Assembly: GCA_033763315.1 (NCBI GenBank)
Contig: JANRKS010000009.1
Span: 332,789-396,788 of the forward strand
Source: Deltaproteobacteria bacterium
Lineage (GTDB): Bacteria > Myxococcota_A > Polyangia > Fen-1088
Length of the DNA: 64,000 bases
Direction: 5' to 3'
In this document: one piece after another, positions 11,655 through 17,975 of the stretch
How the letters are laid out: every line of letters starts with the position of its first letter
Position numbering within the stretch: the first letter of the stretch is position 1
Notes under the pieces: model-generated
Databases searched by the model: none
Told to the model about the DNA's origin: nothing
What the model saw: the letters and a program-made list of their open reading frames with translations, nothing else
Translations under genes and position numbers: made by a program

Positions 11655-12430
11655 TGTGGGTCCTTTTTGAAGGTCACTTGGAAGCTGGTGGTGTCGGCAG
11701 GCAACGCCGCGCCCGTTTGCAGCGCGGTTGTGATGGTTTGCGATTCAAACGGCGTGGGCGAAAGCACCAGCCAAAACCGTTCAAACCCTTTGGAGTTATC
11801 CAACTCGTAGGCGTTGGGAAGGCGGTTTTCACCGTTGGTTTGCAACGTGGGTGCGCGCCCAGGCACCGAAGGAAGATGCAGCGTGGTGGTGTTCGCTGCG
11901 TCGATGGACACGATCACGCCATAAGGGGCTGCCGCGCCTTGGGCGTTGGGGGGGACCACGTAAGCCACTTGCAGCACGTCGCCTGGGTGAACAACATCTT
12001 GCGCGGTTAGGCGTTCAGGTGCGCCTTCGCGTTTGCGATAGACGACGAGGTGAGGCTTGGCGCCTTTGATGTTGATTGTTTCTTCGCCCACGTCAGTCAC
12101 CAAGGTGGTGGTTGAGCGTGGCGCCACAGCGATGAGGACCAGTGCACCCACAGCGCCGAGCGCGAGGGCCGGTAAGACGAACGGGCGCCGCGCGGGCTTG
12201 TTCGTTTGTTGACCGGATCGACGACGGATTTCGTTCGCCATCCAGTGCGGTGGGTGACGGGAGAAGATCTCGTCGTCTGACTTGGCCAAGTTTTCCATGG
12301 CTGCGGCGAGGCCGCCTGGTTGTTGTTCAAGTCGTTGCCGTAACTCTTCTGCCTGAGCTTGCGGCAATTCGCCTTTGGCCAGACGTTCAAGCAGATATTG
12401 CGGCACGGGCGTGTGTTGGCGGTTTGTCAT
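11651..12430 (-). CDS. Putative single-pass anti-sigma factor (ActD-like / DUF4384-like periplasmic domain)
   Basis: N-terminal helical ASD-like segment (LLERLAKGEL...) lacking ZAS cysteines, TM (FVLPALALGAVGALVLIAV), Ig-like C-terminal domain (VHPGDVLQVAY...YGVIVSID...AYELDNSKGFERFW); start overlaps the ECF stop (TAATG). Confidence 0.75.
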   Translation of the reverse strand: MTNRQHTPVPQYLLERLAKGELPQAQAEELRQRLEQQPGGLAAAMENLAKSDDEIFSRHPPHWMANEIRRRSGQQTNKPARRPFVLPALALGAVGALVLIAVAPRSTTTLVTDVGEETINIKGAKPHLVVYRKREGAPERLTAQDVVHPGDVLQVAYVVPPNAQGAAAPYGVIVSIDAANTTTLHLPSVPGRAPTLQTNGENRLPNAYELDNSKGFERFWLVLSPTPFESQTITTALQTGAALPADTTSFQVTFKKDPQ

Positions 12431-12951
12431 TAATGCACCAAACTTGCGGGAAGGTCTGTGGCTGCCTCTTGTGGCAGACGTTCTTTGAGCACACGCAAAC
12501 GCTTGCGCACACCCGAAACGGAAAGCCCCACCTCCGCCGCCACCTCTTCCAAGGTCAATCGGTCCACGTAGTGCAAAACGGCGATGAGTTGCGTTGATGG
12601 AGGTGTGCCTGAAAACAGGCGCTGCAACACCCGGCGCCCCAGCGACAAGCTTTCACTGTCGCCGCCTTCGCCGAGCCCACTGATGTGGTGAAGCATCACG
12701 GTATCGGGATCGGTTTCGTGCTCGGGGTGCCGCTTCTCGGTCCGCAGCCGGTTGAGGCACACATTTGTGGCCGCTTTGAGCAGCAGCCCCGCGGGAGCTT
12801 CTTGGGTGAGTGTGTCTTGGCGACGCAGCATTACTACGAATGTGTCTTGCATGGCATCCAGGGCTTTCCCCTCGTCTTTGAGCAGGCGGCGACAGCGCCG
12901 CAGGACCATCGGTCCGAACTGCCTGTAGAGGTTTTCAACGTCGAGCGCCAT
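12430..12951 (-). CDS. ECF RNA polymerase sigma factor
   Basis: Region 2 (LYRQFGPMVLRRCRRLL...DAMQDTF...ATNVCLNRLR) and region 4.2 HTH (LTLEEVAAEVGLSVSGVRKRL); likely start ATG 12951, since the longer ORF overlaps the lipoprotein gene. Confidence 0.93.
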   Translation of the reverse strand: MALDVENLYRQFGPMVLRRCRRLLKDEGKALDAMQDTFVVMLRRQDTLTQEAPAGLLLKAATNVCLNRLRTEKRHPEHETDPDTVMLHHISGLGEGGDSESLSLGRRVLQRLFSGTPPSTQLIAVLHYVDRLTLEEVAAEVGLSVSGVRKRLRVLKERLPQEAATDLPASLVH

Positions 12952-12971
12952 TGGTGGGGTTCTTAACCTGA

Positions 12972-12999
12972 AACACCGGCGCGGAAAGAAAGTGTTACC
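12972..12999 (-). promoter_or_regulatory. Putative ECF promoter of the sigma/anti-sigma/caspase operon
   Basis: Minus strand GGTAACA-ctttctttccg-CGCCGGTGTT, about 20 nt before the ATG, with an A/T tract just upstream; same motif at 16640-16667. Confidence 0.75.
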
Positions 13000-13046
13000 G
13001 CGAAGATCAAAAAAATTTTGGCTCCACTGGCCCGGCGCGCTACGCG

Positions 13047-14114
13047 TCACGGGAGGACTTGGATGCTCATCTGTCGCCAGCCGGTGCCGCCACGCAGGTC
13101 GCGGACCACCATCCACAGTGACACCATGCCGCCGGTGGCAGCCGGGGGAACGTCGGGCGCTGTGAACACGTTGTCGAACGTCTTTGTGAGGGCCGCGGCG
13201 GTGCGGTCGGAGCCCAGGGCACCCGCTGTGGCAAACCACGAGACGACGGGCTGCTCCTTCGTTTCGATGATTTCAAGCCGGCTGTCCTGCAAGGCCGACT
13301 CGATGCTTTGGTAAGGCTCAAACGCGCCCTCTGAAAGGGTGGGCAGCAAGCGCACCTTCTCCTTGGCCCTCATAACCAACGCGCCATCAACGGGCGCAAA
13401 CGGGAGGCCTGCTGTGCTTCCGCGGGCAACGGACACGGAGGTGATCTGCGGGTTCTGGTTGGGCGTGCGCGGACGCACGGCAAGGCAACCTGGTACCGGT
13501 GCGTTTGCCTCACATACCCGAAAGCCGAAAGTGGTCGACAGCTCGGGGTTCCACTGGGATAGGTCCAACGCGTTTAATGTCACGCGCTTTTGCACCGTCA
13601 CAGTTTGCGGCCCGGCGTTCACAGTCAACACGGCCGACGGCCACGCCCCGTTGCCCAAGCCCATGGCCGAAGCGTCGAGGTGATAAGTGAACAGCTCTGC
13701 GGGCCACGCGGAAGCAAACGGGGCCACATCTTGCGCGCCGATGCCTTTGTCGGCCGCGGGCGTGCTTGTGCCCGTCATCGCCTGCGCAAACAGGGCGTCC
13801 AGCATGGGCCGCAGGGGCTGGGGCGCTTGATCACGAAGCGCCGGAAAGTTCGTGCACGCTTCGGCAGAATCCACCGGGCAGAACCGCCACGCGAAGGTCG
13901 CAGGCGCACCGCCGCGTGGATCGTCCACCAAGGCGGTGAACGTCACTTGCGGCGCGCTCCAGCCGGCTGTGCGATCGAACAGCACCTCCGGAGGCTCAGC
14001 CGCCACGGCCAACACGCGCAGGTCTTTGACTTCGGTGGGCTTGTCGCTGGGCTCACCGCAGGCAGCCACAAGCGTCGCGCTGGCTAAGAGTGAGAAAATA
14101 AGTGGGGTTTTCAT
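13047..14114 (-). CDS. Lipoprotein of unknown function, TonB-receptor associated
   Basis: Lipobox LVAA-C; DLRVLAVAAEPPE at the start and WMVVRDLRGGTGW at the end resemble myxobacterial TBDR-partner lipoproteins; start overlaps the TBDR stop (TGATG). Confidence 0.75.
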   Translation of the reverse strand: MKTPLIFSLLASATLVAACGEPSDKPTEVKDLRVLAVAAEPPEVLFDRTAGWSAPQVTFTALVDDPRGGAPATFAWRFCPVDSAEACTNFPALRDQAPQPLRPMLDALFAQAMTGTSTPAADKGIGAQDVAPFASAWPAELFTYHLDASAMGLGNGAWPSAVLTVNAGPQTVTVQKRVTLNALDLSQWNPELSTTFGFRVCEANAPVPGCLAVRPRTPNQNPQITSVSVARGSTAGLPFAPVDGALVMRAKEKVRLLPTLSEGAFEPYQSIESALQDSRLEIIETKEQPVVSWFATAGALGSDRTAAALTKTFDNVFTAPDVPPAATGGMVSLWMVVRDLRGGTGWRQMSIQVLP

Positions 14115-16609
14115 CAGATTTCACCTTTCACGCCCACGATGGGCAATACGGGCAGGCCACGAAGCTCGGTGCGCTCTGCATAACGGTAGTCGTATCCAAC
14201 GGCCTCCACGGGACGCCGGTTGTACGTGTTCATCACTTCCAAATAGCTGGTCAAGCTCCAGCCTTTGAAGTCCCAACGCTTGTCGAAGCGCAGGTCCAGG
14301 CGATGGAACGTAGGCAACCGTTCAGACGCACGCGCCACGGAGCCGTTTTGCACTTTATAGGTATCGCTATCAGCGTCGAAGTGGGAGCGGCCCTTCTCAA
14401 GTGGCGTTGTAGGGTTGCCAGATACGAGTTGGAAGCGGAAACCGAGTGACATCTTCCACGGCAATTGCCACGCGCCCACCGCCGTGAGGATGTGTGTTTG
14501 ATCGAACGGCGAAAGATACGTGCTGGCCACTTTCGGCAGTTCATAAAGCCGGGCCGATCCTGGATCGACGCTGGCGTATTGGTTGATGCCGCCGAGCGTG
14601 GCCGTGCGATCTGTGCGCGTGGAGCGCGACAAGGTATACGCCACCCAGCCGTTGAAACGCCGGTGCTCGGCCGGGTTGCGCTTCACCATCAATTCAAGGC
14701 CATACGAATGCCCGCGGCCGTCGCTCTTGAACAGCACAGGCGTGGCCTTGCCATCTTTGTAGGTCACTTCATCTGTGGGCGAGGGCAGATTGGATCGCCA
14801 CACATTGAACACCTCGGCGCTTAGGTTCACGGCTTCGAGACTTCGTTCGGCGCCGCTCGTTATATGCACGGCTTTTTCAGCCGAAAGATTGGGCTGGCCA
14901 AAACCATCAACCATCACGCCCGAAAAAAGATCGGGCAGTTTTTGGTAAACGCCGGCCGAGGCTTTCACCGATGTTTGCTCGTTGATTTGCCAGCGGCTCG
15001 CCAAGCGCGGCTGGAACGTGAAGCGTTCGGTGCTGTCGAAATCCAAGTGATCCACGCGCAAGCCAGGCGTCAAGGTCACATCGGGATGAGGGTTGACGAC
15101 AAGCTCCGTCCAATAGCCCTGGTGCAGATCTGTGTTGCCGTCCTTCCATGGGTCTTGTCGAGTGGGATCCACGATCAACGGCGATGGGTACGTGCGACCG
15201 AGGTTCGGCAGCTCGGTAATGAAGTCGGCGCTCCAATGGTAAAGCTGGCTGTCGATGCCGGCGCGCAACTTTATATAGGGGGAAAACGCATAGGTCGCAG
15301 TTTCTTTCCAGCTCAAGCTTGTGATCGTCACGCCCGAACGGTGTTGCGTATCGAGCTCTGCTGATTTGTCGCCGAAGTCCTGCTTCAGCAAGCCCGGCGT
15401 CAGCGCGGATTCAAGCGTTAGTTTGTTGCCAAAATACGTGTGCCGCACTTGCAAACGGTGAAATTGCACGCCGCCTGAGAGTGAGAAGTCAGCGTCTTCG
15501 GCTGATGTGGCACGCACGACTTTAAGCGTGTCGCGGGCTCCAAAGGCAAAGATGTCCCAACGTTGGTGGGCGTCGTGGTGTTCAGCTTTGATCTGATAAT
15601 CAAGGTAGGCGGGGGTCACGATGGTGGGGCTTTCACCGTCCTTGGCGGCCCCCTCAAGCAGTGCGGGCAAAAACGCATCCACGTAAGAACGGCGCCCGGC
15701 GAGCGCGAGCTTCCACGATCCCAGCGGCACGCACGTGAAGGCTTCTGCATCAATCGGATCGATCGAGGCCAGCGCGCGTGTGCGGTCGCAAGTTAACGGC
15801 TTGGTTTGCACATCCACGATGCCCGCCGTGGCACGACCATACTGCGCGCCAAAGCCGCCTGGCATGAAGGTGATGCCACCTAAGAACTCAGCGTTGATCA
15901 CCGACGTTAGGCCGCCGAAGTGATAAAGCAGCGGCACTTCAACACCATCGATGTACACGCCGCTATCAGCAGGGTTGGCCCCGCGCACGATTAACGCCCC
16001 ACCAATCCCTCCGGGCGCGCGGTTCATACCGGGCAGGTTCTCGACCACGCGCACCGGATCGCCCATCGTCCCGGGCACCGTCTTGATTTCACTGTCCGTG
16101 AGCACGATCTCCGTGACTTCACGCTTGGGACGCGACGCTTTTGCCTTCACCTCGAACACCACCGCCTCGGCTTGTGTCAGGCGGTAGCGCACGGGCACGT
16201 CCACGTTGGCGTCGATTTGCACCTCACCGTCTTTCGGATCGTATTCACCGCTCATCACCAACACGCTGTGCGGGCCCGTACGCAAGGGACGCACCAACAG
16301 GTTGCCGTCGGCGTCGGTTTCACCGCGCGCGTCGCCGTCAATCATCACGGTTGCGCCGGGCACTGGCTCTCCCGTCTTCCCGTCAACGAGCGTCAGCCGC
16401 AAGCCGCCGTGCTGTTTGATCTGCACAGGCGGCGGTGGTGCCATTTCGGTTGGTGCGGCGGGCGTCGCCTCGGGCGGGGGCGAGGTTTCCGTGGGCGTGT
16501 CGGTTGGCCCTTCCGCTTGCGGCGGCGCGGGATCCTGTGCCAAGGCGGCGTGCGCCCAGGCAGGCAGGGCGAGCACGCAAGCGATCGTCAGTCTGATTGT
16601 CTTCTTCAT
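14114..16609 (-). CDS. TonB-dependent outer-membrane receptor with N-terminal Pro-rich linker and carboxypeptidase-regulatory-like domain
   Basis: Signal peptide; DGKTGEPVPGATV; plug (PGTMGDPVRVVENLPG, IVRG, LYHFGG, GGFGAQYGRATAG); barrel motifs (QPRLASRW, GHSYGLELM, WVAYTLSRS, FDQTH, RLDLRFD, N.YN). Confidence 0.93.
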   Translation of the reverse strand: MKKTIRLTIACVLALPAWAHAALAQDPAPPQAEGPTDTPTETSPPPEATPAAPTEMAPPPPVQIKQHGGLRLTLVDGKTGEPVPGATVMIDGDARGETDADGNLLVRPLRTGPHSVLVMSGEYDPKDGEVQIDANVDVPVRYRLTQAEAVVFEVKAKASRPKREVTEIVLTDSEIKTVPGTMGDPVRVVENLPGMNRAPGGIGGALIVRGANPADSGVYIDGVEVPLLYHFGGLTSVINAEFLGGITFMPGGFGAQYGRATAGIVDVQTKPLTCDRTRALASIDPIDAEAFTCVPLGSWKLALAGRRSYVDAFLPALLEGAAKDGESPTIVTPAYLDYQIKAEHHDAHQRWDIFAFGARDTLKVVRATSAEDADFSLSGGVQFHRLQVRHTYFGNKLTLESALTPGLLKQDFGDKSAELDTQHRSGVTITSLSWKETATYAFSPYIKLRAGIDSQLYHWSADFITELPNLGRTYPSPLIVDPTRQDPWKDGNTDLHQGYWTELVVNPHPDVTLTPGLRVDHLDFDSTERFTFQPRLASRWQINEQTSVKASAGVYQKLPDLFSGVMVDGFGQPNLSAEKAVHITSGAERSLEAVNLSAEVFNVWRSNLPSPTDEVTYKDGKATPVLFKSDGRGHSYGLELMVKRNPAEHRRFNGWVAYTLSRSTRTDRTATLGGINQYASVDPGSARLYELPKVASTYLSPFDQTHILTAVGAWQLPWKMSLGFRFQLVSGNPTTPLEKGRSHFDADSDTYKVQNGSVARASERLPTFHRLDLRFDKRWDFKGWSLTSYLEVMNTYNRRPVEAVGYDYRYAERTELRGLPVLPIVGVKGEI

Positions 16610-16639
16610 GGTCCGTCCGATGTGGGGATTCCTCCCAAG

Positions 16640-16667
16640 AACACCGGCGGATGAAAAAGCTGTTACC
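16640..16667 (-). promoter_or_regulatory. Putative ECF promoter of the TBDR-lipoprotein operon
   Basis: Minus strand GGTAACA-gctttttcatc-CGCCGGTGTT, about 30 nt before the TBDR ATG; 17/17 flanking bases and the spacing match 12972-12999. Confidence 0.75.
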
Positions 16668-16742
16668 TAGAACTCAACGCCGTTAGAAGGTGCTGCCGAC
16701 CCCGGAATAGGGGTTGCGTCCGGTGCTGGCTGAAGGGCGATG

Positions 16743-17225
16743 TCATGGAACGGACGTCTCTTCGAGGGCCGCCAGCAACCGCAGCAGCGTTGCATGCATG
16801 TGCTTCGCATCGGCGGTCCCAATCACGTTGCCTAGCTGCGCTTCAAGCTCGCCCAACATGGCCAAACCCATGAGCAGCCCCTTTTTCCCGCGTGCCGAAA
16901 ACATCACCAACCGCGCGCGGCCATCGGCCGGATCCGCCACTTGCTCAAGCAGGCCCATTTCCACCAGCTCCTCCACCAATTGCCCCACGGCCTGCTTGCT
17001 GATACCCACACGTTCCGCCAAGACACCGGGCCGCGTTCCTTGCAGATCAATATGGGGGAACAAAGCTGTGTGTGAGGGCCGCACGTGTTGTTTGGTCCGT
17101 TTTTGCAAAAGTGCCAGCGCGCGCTCGTTGAGTAGACGCGCACACTTGAACAGCACCTGCGCCCAAGAAGCATTCTTGGCGACGGCAAGCGCGGCGGCAA
17201 ACTCATCGGAAGGGGGGGCTGGCAT
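16743..17225 (-). CDS. MarR-family transcriptional regulator
   Basis: wHTH LAERVGISKQAVGQLVEELVEMGLL and DPADGRARLV...G; ATG 17225 preferred over TTG 17234. Confidence 0.9.
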   Translation of the reverse strand: MPAPPSDEFAAALAVAKNASWAQVLFKCARLLNERALALLQKRTKQHVRPSHTALFPHIDLQGTRPGVLAERVGISKQAVGQLVEELVEMGLLEQVADPADGRARLVMFSARGKKGLLMGLAMLGELEAQLGNVIGTADAKHMHATLLRLLAALEETSVP

Positions 17226-17234
17226 ATGGTCCAA

Positions 17235-17276
17235 TAGTAAAGTGCACTTGACTAATTCGTCAAGTTTGCTTTACTA
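17235..17276. promoter_or_regulatory. Divergent overlapping sigma70 promoters with twin MarR-type operators
   Basis: TAGTAAAGtgcACTTGAC-taattc-GTCAAGTttgCTTTACTA inverted repeat; TTGACT (+) and TTGACG (-) -35 hexamers lie inside it. Confidence 0.7.
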
Positions 17277-17281
17277 AACCC

Positions 17282-17971
17282 ATGCCTGCCACAACGCTTA
17301 CGGAAATCGCAGACGGTTTATGGGGCTTGGAGGATGAGTTGAGCCTGCCTGGTGGCGCGAAGCTGCCCGTCAGAGCCACCGTGGCCGCGCTGGGCGATGG
17401 CGGCCTCGCGATCTACAGCCCCGTTGCGATGGCCGAACAGGCCGCCGCAGCGGTGGCAAAGCTGGGCCGTCTTCAATATGTGATCGCCCCTTCAGGCCTG
17501 CACCACCTTTACGTGGCACCCACGCTCGCCAAGTTCCCCGAAGCCAAACTCTATGCATCGCCGGTGGTGGCGAAAAAACGCAAAGGCCTTCGCTTCGATG
17601 GCGTGCTGACCGATGGGCTGCCGCCAGGGCTGGCCGCGGTGTTTTCCGCGCTGACGATCGAAGGCGCCCCTGCGGTTCAAGAAACGGTGATGGTGCACAA
17701 TCCCACCGGTTCGCTGCTCGTTACGGATCTGTTATTCAACATCACGCACCCTCGCGGTTGGATGTCGAAGTTTGTTCTCGGCTGCACGGGCACCAACGGG
17801 CGCCTGGCGCAGAGCCGACTTTGGCAGTTTTACGGCAAAGACAAAGCAGCGCTGAAAACCAGCACGCAAAAGATGCTGGATCTGTCGTGGGACCGTCTGA
17901 TTCCGTGCCACGGTGAAGTGTTGGCCACCGGCGCGAAGAACGCCGTGACCGCGGCTCTGCGCTGGAAGTGA
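17282..17971 (+). CDS. DUF4336-like (metallo-beta-lactamase-fold) protein
   Basis: R.TV..L.DGGL.IYSPV, IAPSGLHHLY, ETVMVH..TGSLLVTDL, WDRLIPCHGEV. Confidence 0.8.
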   Translation: MPATTLTEIADGLWGLEDELSLPGGAKLPVRATVAALGDGGLAIYSPVAMAEQAAAAVAKLGRLQYVIAPSGLHHLYVAPTLAKFPEAKLYASPVVAKKRKGLRFDGVLTDGLPPGLAAVFSALTIEGAPAVQETVMVHNPTGSLLVTDLLFNITHPRGWMSKFVLGCTGTNGRLAQSRLWQFYGKDKAALKTSTQKMLDLSWDRLIPCHGEVLATGAKNAVTAALRWK

Positions 17972-17975
17972 AGCT

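Noticed and set aside
9387-12951. CRISPR-associated protease/sigma cassette (Craspase or PCaspase-like) or antiphage defence system
   Set aside because: No cas genes, repeat-spacer array, or SAVED/CARF/CHAT partner in the window; the caspase has a signal peptide and surface repeats
12952-13239. 96-aa N-terminal extension of the ECF sigma in the ORF track
   Set aside because: It overlaps the lipoprotein gene and the promoter motif; sigma homology begins at ATG 12951
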